Source: a bacterium (GTDB taxonomy: Bacteria > Patescibacteriota > Microgenomatia > UBA1400 > UBA12108). Taken from it: 64,000 nt of DNA. The position numbers were made by a program, and so were the translations under genes. The notes beneath the pieces are model-generated. The model worked only from the letters and a program-made list of their open reading frames with translations, was not told the origin of the DNA and made no database searches. Positions 1 through 8,718 of this stretch are shown in pieces (position 1 is the first letter of the stretch; each line of letters begins with the position of its first letter). The stretch is taken from assembly GCA_021788365.1 (NCBI GenBank), contig JAJYKS010000003.1, forward strand, positions 6,283 through 70,282, read 5' to 3'.

Positions 1-406
1 CCATCTCGACCATTGTCTCTAGCATGGAGGCCTCGGCCATGCCCCCACCAACAACGTCACCGTAGAGACAAATTCTCGCTCCGGAAAGTACCTTTCGTAC
101 CGCATCCCCCAAACGAATGGGTGCGGCGACGACAACCCGAACTCCTCCACTTATCAAGCTTTGCAGATAGGGATACCAAGGGGCGAGTGCGGGAGTGGCG
201 CAGGCAACTACGTAATCGATGTCTTTATTTTCTGCAAATTGGGTTAGGCGACTATCTCCTGGCTTGGAGGTGGCCGGATCAAGCACGAGTACCTCTAGGC
301 CATACCGAGCAAATCCGCCGCTAATGGGTGTCGTAAGCGGACCGGGTCCGGCGAGTACAAGTACCCCCTCCTCATGGGAAATGACTTCAAGAGATTGGGC
401 AGACAT
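1..406 (-). CDS. Hypothetical protein, partial (runs off window start)
   Basis: Read manually: ATG at 406, open frame MSAQSLEVISHEEGVLVLAGPGPL...MLETMVEM to base 1; TAAACT -10-like box just upstream. Not in the ORF track. Confidence 0.65.
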   Translation of the reverse strand, partial: MSAQSLEVISHEEGVLVLAGPGPLTTPISGGFARYGLEVLVLDPATSKPGDSRLTQFAENKDIDYVVACATPALAPWYPYLQSLISGGVRVVVAAPIRLGDAVRKVLSGARICLYGDVVGGGMAEASMLETMVEM

Positions 407-411
407 ACCTA

Positions 412-443
412 TCAGTTTATCAGTTAACCGGCGAGCCGGCGAA
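412..443. repeat. 8-bp-period YCRG array
   Basis: TCAG 412, TCAG 420, CCGG 428, CCGG 436. Confidence 0.6.
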
Positions 444-714
444 TCCTTTGGCGGGCTCACGACTATGCCAGTTGCCTATTTTATTGACGTGCCGGTACGC
501 AACACGTAGTTTTTTTGTCCTATATCACGTACTTCCCTATTTATGTTCTTTGTTTGTACGTTTTATTTCGTTTTGTTTGCTCGATATCCGCCTCTTTCTT
601 TTCCCCCCTTTTTTGTATGTACGTTTTTCCACGTTTTTTCTTGGTCTGTAAGTTAACCTTCGTTACAACGTTTTTTGTGAGAATTATATATGGCCGATAG
701 TAGTATTCACCGCG

Positions 715-770
715 ACGGTAGACCAGTTAGTCAGCTAGTCGATGGGTCGGTTTATCGGCAAGTCAGAAAA
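715..770. repeat. 8-bp-period YCRG array
   Basis: Cores at 715, 723, 731, 739, 747, 755, 763 (acgg/ccag/tcag/tcga/tcgg/tcgg/tcag). Confidence 0.75.
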
Positions 771-816
771 TTTAGGGTTGGTGGGAATTGAGCACGGAGT
801 AGCAGGTCAGATTATA

Positions 817-1260
817 TTAAGTCCGTGAGTCTAGTGCCTCATTCACAAGGCCATCTGCTATTGAGTTGCCGGAGCGATACGTGTGAGAAATGTTCCACTT
901 TGGCAGCTTGGCGAGTAGCCCCCTCACCTCTTGAAATCTCGGGAACAAATCAGGGCTTTTTACCTTGTAGAGGCCTTTTACCTGGTTGACTATGAGGAGT
1001 GAGTCCATTTTGATCTCGAGCTCAGCCTGTGGCTCGTGTTCTAGGACCCACTTTACCCCGGCAATGAGGCCTGCATATTCTGCTTGATTGTTGGTTGTCA
1101 CCCCAAGATAATTACCGCATTTTTCCAGAACGATTGCCGCACCAGGGGTAATTTTCTCCTTTGTCGAAGCTCCGGCGGACAGGTCGTAAATAACATAGCC
1201 GTAGGCGGCTGGGCCTGGATTGCCCCGCGAACCACCATCGGTTTGAAGAAGTAAGCGCAT
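817..1260 (-). CDS. rnhA: Ribonuclease HI family protein
   Basis: TDGGSRGNPGPA, TNNQAEY, DSLL..QVKG.YKVK, R..N..AD.L.NEALD motifs. Confidence 0.9.
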   Translation of the reverse strand: MRLLLQTDGGSRGNPGPAAYGYVIYDLSAGASTKEKITPGAAIVLEKCGNYLGVTTNNQAEYAGLIAGVKWVLEHEPQAELEIKMDSLLIVNQVKGLYKVKSPDLFPRFQEVRGLLAKLPKWNISHTYRSGNSIADGLVNEALDSRT

Positions 1261-1278
1261 AGATTTATGATTCAGGAT

Positions 1279-2484
1279 TTACGATTTATGTGAGCAGTAT
1301 AGCAGACCAAGGAGGATTATCAGCTCGGTGAGGCCGGTGTTTACGGCGGCGGCATAGGCGCCGTAATGGGGGATCGTGAGCAGGTTTGCCATAATATTGA
1401 AAGTTGCGGCAATCATATATGCGCCCAAGACTGACATGTCGCGGCGGGTACCTATCAATTTCCACATGAGTGGAGCGGTGACGTAAAAAAACGGGAGCGA
1501 GACTGCAAGCAGGCGCAAAAGCGTAATACTTTCCCCGAGTCCGGGTCGAATCAAGCTCAAATACGGTGCGCCAACATATGTTGCCAGAGCTGCGAGCACA
1601 CCGAGCACCAGGAGTGAAGTGGTGGTGGCTTTTACTATCTTGGCAGCTGCGGCATTTTCTAGCTTTACTAGCAGTGGATATGCGGCGTTCATGGTAAAGA
1701 CGGGTACTACCAGTATTACCTCAAAAATGCGGTAGACAAATCCATACTGGCCAACCTCAGTGGCGCTTCTCTGCACTCCTAAAATTATTGTGTCTGCTTT
1801 TGCCGCTACAACACTTGCCAGTAGGATCGCGCCAATACCAAGTGAGCGGTGGAGCAGCGAGACAATTCGACGTGGATTTGAGGTGAGCGAAAACGCATCT
1901 TTTCCTAGATATATAGCAACGCCTGCAATTACCAGGTAACCCGCGGTATTTGCATACACCAACCCCCATAGTGATGGTGAGAAAAAAATGCACCAGATGG
2001 TAAGCGCGCTTCCAATCACTGAGCCAACGATTGTCGCCACTGCCGATTTCCAGTACTGTTCGGAAAATTGAAACCAGGCATTTATGGAGGTGTATAGTCC
2101 TTGGAAAATTATGGCGATTGAACCCACAAAGAAGACGCTTTTTACTGCGGGCGTGTAACCACCACCGAGCATTATAACAAAACCATTTAAGATGCTTACG
2201 GCAAGCGCTGACAAAAGAAGGCGTGTGACAACAACGTCGGCAAGGGTTCGTGTCTTATCTCCGCCTCGCCCAAGATGTCGAACGGCTTCGGCGTTTATCC
2301 CAAAATCAATAGCGGTGAAGCCTATTGCCACCAAAACAAGTGTTTTTGTGAGGTCGCCAAAGAGTCCCGGCCCGGCGAGGCGAATAATATATATCGTTGT
2401 TACTAGCGTGAGGCCTGCTCCGACAAATTTTGCCACCAATTGGGCGAGCGTATTATTTACTATGCTTTTGTAGGAGTGGTGCAT
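1279..2484 (-). CDS. Oligosaccharide flippase (Wzx/MATE-like)
   Basis: About 12 TM segments; N-terminal NNT.AQL..K, DFG, D.IILG....EVG.Y, P.YGA.AAA motifs. Confidence 0.85.
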   Translation of the reverse strand: MHHSYKSIVNNTLAQLVAKFVGAGLTLVTTIYIIRLAGPGLFGDLTKTLVLVAIGFTAIDFGINAEAVRHLGRGGDKTRTLADVVVTRLLLSALAVSILNGFVIMLGGGYTPAVKSVFFVGSIAIIFQGLYTSINAWFQFSEQYWKSAVATIVGSVIGSALTIWCIFFSPSLWGLVYANTAGYLVIAGVAIYLGKDAFSLTSNPRRIVSLLHRSLGIGAILLASVVAAKADTIILGVQRSATEVGQYGFVYRIFEVILVVPVFTMNAAYPLLVKLENAAAAKIVKATTTSLLVLGVLAALATYVGAPYLSLIRPGLGESITLLRLLAVSLPFFYVTAPLMWKLIGTRRDMSVLGAYMIAATFNIMANLLTIPHYGAYAAAVNTGLTELIILLGLLYCSHKS

Positions 2485-2496
2485 GAGACAAGTATA

Positions 2497-2548
2497 TCGG
2501 TAGATCCGCTAGTCGGCGAGCCGGTTAGCCGGTTTGTCGGTTTTCCAG
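2497..2548. repeat. 8-bp-period YCRG array
   Basis: Cores at 2497, 2505, 2513, 2521, 2529, 2537, 2545; abuts the TATACT -10 of the flippase gene. Confidence 0.75.
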
Positions 2549-3816
2549 ACGATGCGGAAATAGAGAAGCAATACGAATAATCCCTGGGGGGAGGTGAGGA
2601 AATAGTGGTCAAGAAGCAGAAGGGGGAGGAGGGGGAGCGCTTGCACAATTTCCGATTTCCAATTTCCAATTTTTAAAAGCTGGGCTACCGAGACTATTCC
2701 GGCAAAGCCAAACCAGGACAAGAAGAGGGTAAAAGCGTCATGGTCGGGCTGTAGGAGCCGGAGAGTAGGCGTGACGGCGGGGTAGGTAGAGATGCTGGCG
2801 CTTGCACCGGAGCCGAAGATCGGATATGAGCGAATAATTGAAAAGGAAGTATTTTGCAAACGCAGTCTATCAAAAACGGAAAGATCTAGAGATCGGGTGA
2901 GGGTACCAGAAGAGAGAAGAGAGAGTAAAGATACTAGGAGAACAAAGAAATACAGAATCCGAACGCGTAGAGACCGCAATAGACAACAGGGAATAACTAT
3001 TCCAAAGAGGGCGAAAGCGGCGGTGCGGGACTCTGTAAGAAAAACGCCGAGTGCGGCAAGGATAATCGCAAGGGTACCAACAAGGTCCAACCTCGTAGCC
3101 ATAAAGGCTACAAGATCGGACCTTCCGACGCTAGCGGTATTTGCCGACCTTGGTCGTTGCAGTCCGACCAACCTCACCGTTATCAAACTAGCTATTACAA
3201 GCCAACCAGCGAGCACGTTGGGGTGAGAGAACGTTCCATACGCGCGAAGCATCGTGTGACCAAAAAATGAGGCTGTGGCGACGGTAGGTGCCCCCACGGC
3301 AATGGCGCGTTCTCCAAACCAATAGAGAATTCCTTGGAGACTATGGCCGAGGGCCACTTGGATCGCACCAAGGGCTACCTGAAAGAGTGCGGAGGCGACG
3401 AGGATATAGGGAATGGTGGATAGAAAATTGGAGGACAGGGATAATATAAATACTGCGTACAGCAGGAGATGCAGCGACCAAGAAAGGGTGGCGAGTGGGT
3501 TTGCCGAGAAAAGGAGGTTGACAAGGAGAAGGGGTACAATAATTTCCAAGTTCCAATTTTCAATTTTCAGTGAATGTTCAAGTTTCAATTTTATAAAAAG
3601 ATATATGATAATCAGCAAGTCGAGCATGTAGAGCGTGGGGGAGAGGTAGTCGACGCGGATACCATATATCAGCGCCGAGTCCGGCCAAAAATGGCGGCCG
3701 AGTTCGGTAGCCGAGAAAAAGACTATGAGAAAACCCAAGCCTTGTTCAAGTGCGTGGCGCAATGAATACGCGGCGGTCGGGTCCTTCCCCTTGGGAGAAT
3801 GTCGTAAACTTGCCAT
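2509..3816 (-). CDS. O-antigen ligase (WaaL/Wzy_C) family membrane protein; start uncertain
   Basis: RAYGTFSHPN.LAG, T.SR.A, R......P.FG.G, P.H, DHY motifs; many TM segments. Confidence 0.8.
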   Translation of the reverse strand: MASLRHSPKGKDPTAAYSLRHALEQGLGFLIVFFSATELGRHFWPDSALIYGIRVDYLSPTLYMLDLLIIIYLFIKLKLEHSLKIENWNLEIIVPLLLVNLLFSANPLATLSWSLHLLLYAVFILSLSSNFLSTIPYILVASALFQVALGAIQVALGHSLQGILYWFGERAIAVGAPTVATASFFGHTMLRAYGTFSHPNVLAGWLVIASLITVRLVGLQRPRSANTASVGRSDLVAFMATRLDLVGTLAIILAALGVFLTESRTAAFALFGIVIPCCLLRSLRVRILYFFVLLVSLLSLLSSGTLTRSLDLSVFDRLRLQNTSFSIIRSYPIFGSGASASISTYPAVTPTLRLLQPDHDAFTLFLSWFGFAGIVSVAQLLKIGNWKSEIVQALPLLPLLLLDHYFLTSPQGLFVLLLYFRIVWKTDKPANRLAD

Positions 3817-4210
3817 TATCCTTGAACATAAGATGAATCTCGCGGCGTTCTGAGGCGGACAACGGAGGAAGAGCTCGGGGAGAGCCGGCGGCGGCAACTT
3901 CTCGCTGCACCCTGTCAACCATACCTTTTAGCGTCTCCAGTCGGCGGCTGCGATATCCAGCAACGTCAACTACTACGTGGCGATGTTCGACTTGATCGCG
4001 ATTTAGCATCATGGACAGTAGCAGTTGCATGGCGTCAAGCGTTGCGGCAAAACGACCAATAAAACGACCCGCCTCGGATTCGGGGACGTCGATCACGACC
4101 GTAATCATCTCTTCTGTTTCAGAGACAATAATCCTGTCTTCAATAAGGCCGAAGAGGCCACAGAATTGTTTTATTACCTTAGTTTCATCGTTTGTAACCA
4201 CGAGCGCCAC
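3746..4210 (-). CDS. jag: Jag/EloR-like KH-R3H RNA-binding protein
   Basis: IGR...TLDA.Q, DV.GYR..R, L.P....ERR.IH, S.GEG..R; downstream of yidC. Confidence 0.85.
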   Translation of the reverse strand: MALVVTNDETKVIKQFCGLFGLIEDRIIVSETEEMITVVIDVPESEAGRFIGRFAATLDAMQLLLSMMLNRDQVEHRHVVVDVAGYRSRRLETLKGMVDRVQREVAAAGSPRALPPLSASERREIHLMFKDNGKFTTFSQGEGPDRRVFIAPRT

Positions 4211-4949
4211 CTTTCTTCATAATTTTGTTCCAATACAACGTGAGGCCACCTGGGCCTGAGACAACGAGCTGTTGCGCTAGTGAAAAGGCGGTTGTTATCA
4301 CCCAATAGACCGCAAGGCCCGAAGGGAATTGCAGTGCAAAGATTACCGTCATTAGAGGCATCATAAAAACCATTTGTTGCTGCATGGATTGCGCCATTTC
4401 GGCTATATCTTCCTTTTGAGCTTTTGTGCCTTCGCGCTTTTCTGGCTCGTTTTCCACTGCTGGCAGAAGCGCAACTGAGGCTAAGAGTTGGAGGACGCCG
4501 GCTAGGATGGGGAGGGAATATGTTGGATCTTTTACTTTTAAATCCCAGATAAGCCAGTGGGTATTGACTGCGACGCCGGCTAGGGCACCTTGGCCGAGCG
4601 AGTCGATAAAAACGCGGTACAGCGCGATCAATACGATAAATTGCACAATCATGGGAAGACAGCCAGAGGCGGGGTTGATGTTGTGATTCTTATAGAACTC
4701 GAGCTGTTTTTGTTGGAGAAGCTTTGTGTCGTGCCCGTGCTTTTTCTTTAGTGCGTCAAGTTCTGGCTTTAGGTCCGCCATTTTTTTGGCAGCCTTTATT
4801 GAGGGTAATACAAAGGGAATTAGGATGGCGCGAATTCCTACTGTGAGCACTATGATCGCAAGGCCAAGGTTGTTCCCAAGAATGTGGTAGAGCCATAACA
4901 AGCTCTGCAGTAGGGGGCTGTAGAAGAGGGCGTTCCAAAGATTTATCAT
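4185..4949 (-). CDS. yidC: Membrane protein insertase YidC/Oxa1 (short form)
   Basis: GLAII.LT..IR..L.P, NP.SGCLP...Q, DP...LPI, P.GL..YW motifs. Confidence 0.95.
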   Translation of the reverse strand: MINLWNALFYSPLLQSLLWLYHILGNNLGLAIIVLTVGIRAILIPFVLPSIKAAKKMADLKPELDALKKKHGHDTKLLQQKQLEFYKNHNINPASGCLPMIVQFIVLIALYRVFIDSLGQGALAGVAVNTHWLIWDLKVKDPTYSLPILAGVLQLLASVALLPAVENEPEKREGTKAQKEDIAEMAQSMQQQMVFMMPLMTVIFALQFPSGLAVYWVITTAFSLAQQLVVSGPGGLTLYWNKIMKKGGARGYKR

Positions 4950-4984
4950 ATTAATTTTCAATTTTCAGTTTACAATTTTCAAAT

Positions 4985-5239
4985 TCAGGGGACGGGGTCA
5001 TAGCCCCCGGCACTCCATGGGTGACATTTTAGCAGGCGGAGCACAGATAACCAAGCGCCCTTTATGAGTCCGTGCTTTGTAAGGGCAGTTTTGGCGTAGA
5101 GCGAACACGTGGGGGTATAGCGGCAACTTCCGTGTGCAAGACCAAGATTAGTTGCAACGGCTTTAAGATAGGGGGAGGTTTTCCGCCAAAGGTAATAGGG
5201 GGCGGAAATAATTTTTAATTTATAATTTTTAATTTTCAT
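4985..5239 (-). CDS. yidD: Membrane protein insertion efficiency factor YidD
   Basis: [13 protein letters not shown]...[15 protein letters not shown]. Confidence 0.93.
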   Translation of the reverse strand: MKIKNYKLKIISAPYYLWRKTSPYLKAVATNLGLAHGSCRYTPTCSLYAKTALTKHGLIKGAWLSVLRLLKCHPWSAGGYDPVP

Positions 5240-5258
5240 TCAAATCTCAATTCACAAG

Positions 5259-5576
5259 TTACAAACTTTTTAGTTCTAAAATGATTTGAGTGTTGGCTGT
5301 ACGAGATTTTTTGAGAGCAATTGGTTTGTAGACCACAACACAGTCAAGATTTTTATCTTTAATTAGCGGCCAAAGGGTGTCGTAGGTTATGCGCCTTAGC
5401 CAATTGCGGGTCGTTGCCAACTTGGAAAGCTTCCTTGAAACAATCACGGCGAGGCGAGAAGGGTTGGGAGACGGGGCATAGTAAAACGTAAAGTGCGGCG
5501 TCGTCGAGCGCTTGGCTTGAACACGAAAATTGATAAGTTTTGTGCGGAGCGGAAACTTCCTTGACCGAGGGATCAT
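5259..5576 (-). CDS. rnpA: Ribonuclease P protein component
   Basis: R.AVIVSRK....A..RN.LRR; synteny rpmH-rnpA-yidD-yidC. Confidence 0.88.
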   Translation of the reverse strand: MIPRSRKFPLRTKLINFRVQAKRSTTPHFTFYYAPSPNPSRLAVIVSRKLSKLATTRNWLRRITYDTLWPLIKDKNLDCVVVYKPIALKKSRTANTQIILELKSL

Positions 5577-5585
5577 GAAGCTATT

Positions 5586-5720
5586 TTATACCGTTAGCTT
5601 TTTACGGCCTTCGGCGCGGCGGCGAGATAAGACTTGACGACCTTTATGGGTGCTCATGCGCTTTAAGAAACCGTGGACGTTGCGGCGTTTGGCTTTTTTA
5701 GGCTGATAAGTACGTTTCAT
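5586..5720 (-). CDS. rpmH: 50S ribosomal protein L34
   Basis: Manual translation [44 protein letters not shown]; too short for the ORF track. Confidence 0.97.
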   Translation of the reverse strand: MKRTYQPKKAKRRNVHGFLKRMSTHKGRQVLSRRRAEGRKKLTV

Positions 5721-5788
5721 ATAGTGTGAATTTTAACAAATGGGAGAGGATTTGTCACGGAGGGATATACTTCCGTCGTATTGTCCGC

Positions 5789-5809
5789 TGTGGATAACTT
5801 GTGTATAGT
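5789..5809. promoter_or_regulatory. DnaA boxes upstream of dnaA
   Basis: TGTGGATAA (perfect box, reverse) followed by TGTGTATAG. Confidence 0.8.
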
Positions 5810-5851
5810 CATCCTATCCTGCCTTGATTTTTTATTGCTGTTTTAGGGGTA

Positions 5852-7222
5852 ATGCGAATGGATATTATTTCTACATGGAAAGCAGTACAGGCAGACCTCG
5901 AGCTCTCCATTTCCCCCGTCCACTATTCCACGTGGATCCGCCCACTTTCGCTCACCTCCCTTGAGACAATGTCAGACGGCAGTCATCTTGCCTCCGTTCT
6001 CACCCCCTCCGCATACCATCAACAGATTGTTACTCAACGATACCTTGGACAGCTTGAGCGGAGTTTGGGGCGGGTTTTAGGCGGAAAGACAACGTTGTCT
6101 GTACTTGTTGGTCGGGATGCAACGGAGTCCGTTTCCAGTAAACACCTCAAGCAGCAGGCTGCCCCCTCGCTTTTTTCACCCAATACACTTGCGCCACCCA
6201 CTCCAACAGGCTCTCATAATCTAAACCCTAAATATACCTTTGACACCTATATCGTAGGTGCATCTAACAACTTTGCGCATGCTGCGGCAGTGGGTGTGGC
6301 AAAGACTCCTGGTACGCGCTATAACCCGCTTTTTATCTATGGTGGTGTGGGGCTTGGTAAAACCCACCTTATGCATGCCATCGGCCACGCGATTTTTTCT
6401 GACCACCCCGATTGGGACATTATGTATATTTCGGCCGAAACTTTTGGGAGTGATCTTATCGCTAGCTTACAGAACAAGCGAACGGCACAGTTTAAGAAAA
6501 AATATCGCTCACCAAATGTTCTTCTTGTGGATGACGTGCAGTTTATCGCTGGGAAAGAATATATCCAAGAAGAATTTTTCCACACCTTTAATGAACTCTA
6601 TTTGTCCGGGCGACAAATTGTTATGACTAGCGATCGCCCGCCGCAAGAAATTTCGAGGATTGAAGAGCGTCTATCGTCACGATTCATGGGCGGGCTTACT
6701 GTCGACATCCAGCTTCCTGATTTTGAGACACGAGTGGCCATACTCACCCAGAAATGTCAATCTCTGGGCGTACCGGTCCCCGCGGAGGCCCTTTCCCTCA
6801 TCGCCGAACGGTCGCCAACCAATATCCGAGAGCTTGAGGGAGTTCTCCAGACGATCCTTTCCAAGGCTGCTCCAGGCACCGATCTGACTAGCAATGTCGT
6901 TCGCGAGTACTTTGGCACTGAACACGAGCGGCGGAGCCAACGGGTGCGTCCCAATGCCGTCATCGCCAAGACTGCACAATATTTTGACTTTAAACCATCT
7001 GAGCTCACCGGTAGCAGTAGAAAAGCGCCCTTAGTTGCAGCTCGGCATGTCGCCATGTATCTTCTCTACGTTGATTTTGACTTACCCTATGAACAAATAG
7101 GCGATCTTTTTGGGGGGCGCGACCATACAACCGTTATGCATGCCGTCGAGAAGGTGGCGGGGGAGCTCAAAACCCAAGCTGAGATTGCCAAGATAATTGC
7201 CGATATTAAACATGGGCTGTAA
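5852..7222 (+). CDS. dnaA: Chromosomal replication initiator DnaA
   Basis: LNPKYTFD, YNPLFIYGG.GLGKTHL, DDVQF, RDHTTV. Confidence 0.98.
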   Translation: MRMDIISTWKAVQADLELSISPVHYSTWIRPLSLTSLETMSDGSHLASVLTPSAYHQQIVTQRYLGQLERSLGRVLGGKTTLSVLVGRDATESVSSKHLKQQAAPSLFSPNTLAPPTPTGSHNLNPKYTFDTYIVGASNNFAHAAAVGVAKTPGTRYNPLFIYGGVGLGKTHLMHAIGHAIFSDHPDWDIMYISAETFGSDLIASLQNKRTAQFKKKYRSPNVLLVDDVQFIAGKEYIQEEFFHTFNELYLSGRQIVMTSDRPPQEISRIEERLSSRFMGGLTVDIQLPDFETRVAILTQKCQSLGVPVPAEALSLIAERSPTNIRELEGVLQTILSKAAPGTDLTSNVVREYFGTEHERRSQRVRPNAVIAKTAQYFDFKPSELTGSSRKAPLVAARHVAMYLLYVDFDLPYEQIGDLFGGRDHTTVMHAVEKVAGELKTQAEIAKIIADIKHGL

Positions 7223-7440
7223 TGTGGATAACTATGGGGAAAAGTCTGTGGATAGGTGAGTGGAAAGTGGTAGGAAAACTAACCCATGTTATGGGTAAAA
7301 GTGGAGAAGTTTGGGGTTATACACCACCCGCTAAGTTATCCCCAGTTTTATCCACCGCGTTTTCCCCCACTCCTACTCGACATGTTTTCCGGAAATCCAC
7401 CGCGCCTACTAGTACTACTACCTTAATTATCTATAATAGG
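7223..7440. other. oriC (dnaA-dnaN intergenic): DnaA boxes, DnaA-trio-like repeats, AT-rich tract
   Basis: TGTGGATAA 7223, TGTGGATAG 7247, TTATCCCCA 7336, TTATCCACC 7348; GC clamp CCGCGCC, then TACTAGTACTACTAC (7407-7421), then AT-rich. Confidence 0.85.
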
Positions 7441-7460
7441 GGGATCATAAAGGAGCCATT

Positions 7461-8558
7461 ATGAATATTGAGATTTTACAGGAACAGCTTGCTAGCGGGC
7501 TCACCTCCGTGCTTCGTGCCGTGTCGTCTCGAGCTCAGCTCCCCGTGCTCTCCCATGTACTTCTTGAAGCTACGGCCGATGGGATTACTTTATCGGCAAC
7601 AGATCTAGAACTGGGTATTCGTATAAAGATCCCCGCTAAAGTTAGCGAGCCCGGAACCATTACCGTGCCCGCCAAGATGCTTTTTGAGTTTCTTTCATCG
7701 CTATCCCCGGGGAAGGTGTCGCTGGCTTTTGCGGGGGAGACGCTTACCGTAGCCTCTGGTTCATATTCGGCAAGTTTCCAGACCCTTCCCGTTGAGGAGT
7801 TCCCCACCCTTCCCGTTTTTACCAAAGAAATTATGGTTGCGACTATTAGGCTCTCGGACTTGACGAGGTCAGCAGATCGAGTAACCTTTGCAAGTGCCAA
7901 GGACACTTTGCGGCCGGCACTTACTGGCGTTCTCCTTGAGTCGGGAAAGGAATTGACTTGTGTTGCAACAGATGGGTTTCGCCTGGCCGTACAAAAAATT
8001 CCGGTTACTTCTGGTAGCGGATTCGCAACATCTCTACTCGTTCCTGCTCGAGCAATCGGAGAAGTGGCCCGGACGGCATTCCCCGAAACCATAGATGTTG
8101 GTTATATTGCCGAGTCGCATCAGCTGCTTTTTTCCTCCCCTGAAACGATGGTAGTGACACAGCTTTTAGATGGCAACTTTCCTGATTATGGGAAAATTCT
8201 TCCCAAGGAGTTTACTTCGGAGCTTTTACTTTCCCGAGCTGAGTTGCTGCAAGCTGTTAAGGCTGCCCATATTTTTGCACGCGACAACTCCAATATGATG
8301 CGGTGGAAGGTGGAAAAAAAAGAACTAACCATCTCTGCGCGCAGTCCCGAGCGAGGGGAGTGTGTGGTTCGGGTGCCAATTACCACTACCGGCGAAGATG
8401 GGGAAATAGTATTTAACACAAAATATATTCTGGATTATTTGGGCGTTGCCGAGGCTGACGAGCTATGGTTCGGGATGAAGGGCTCGCTTGCTCCCGGAAT
8501 GTTCCGCGATGGAAAAAGTGACACCGGGATGTATGTTGTTATGCCAATAAATGCGTAG
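7461..8558 (+). CDS. dnaN: DNA polymerase III beta clamp
   Basis: SATDLE, ATDGFRLA, G.FPDY, VVMP; SD AAGGAG. Confidence 0.98.
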   Translation: MNIEILQEQLASGLTSVLRAVSSRAQLPVLSHVLLEATADGITLSATDLELGIRIKIPAKVSEPGTITVPAKMLFEFLSSLSPGKVSLAFAGETLTVASGSYSASFQTLPVEEFPTLPVFTKEIMVATIRLSDLTRSADRVTFASAKDTLRPALTGVLLESGKELTCVATDGFRLAVQKIPVTSGSGFATSLLVPARAIGEVARTAFPETIDVGYIAESHQLLFSSPETMVVTQLLDGNFPDYGKILPKEFTSELLLSRAELLQAVKAAHIFARDNSNMMRWKVEKKELTISARSPERGECVVRVPITTTGEDGEIVFNTKYILDYLGVAEADELWFGMKGSLAPGMFRDGKSDTGMYVVMPINA

Positions 8559-8572
8559 AGGTATTTGGTGCG

Positions 8573-8718
8573 TCAGTATATCGGCTTGTCGGCAAATCGG
8601 TTTTTCAGTTTGTCGGCTGAATCGGAGTGGAAACGGGGTTTGCTTGCGGGCCGGCATTCTGATTCGCTGGCACACTAGCCCGCTGATTTGCTGGTGTGCT
8701 ACCCGGCTGATTGTCCGG
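8573..8718. repeat. Inverted pair of 8-bp-period arrays overlapping the virB4 3' end
   Basis: YCRG at 8573-8613 every 8 bp; reverse-orientation CYGR-like cores at 8651-8715 every 8 bp. Confidence 0.75.

Noticed and set aside
13-700. Plus-strand ORFs 13-324, 219-509, 448-651, 515-700
   Set aside because: Shadows of the minus-strand gene ending at 406 or products of T-rich low-complexity DNA
5924-5939. parS-like TATTCCACGTGGATCC in dnaA
   Set aside because: Three mismatches to the palindromic consensus, single copy, and explained by Y-S-T-W-I codons
7222-7464. 80-aa ORF between dnaA and dnaN
   Set aside because: Coincides with oriC DnaA boxes and trios; likely spurious
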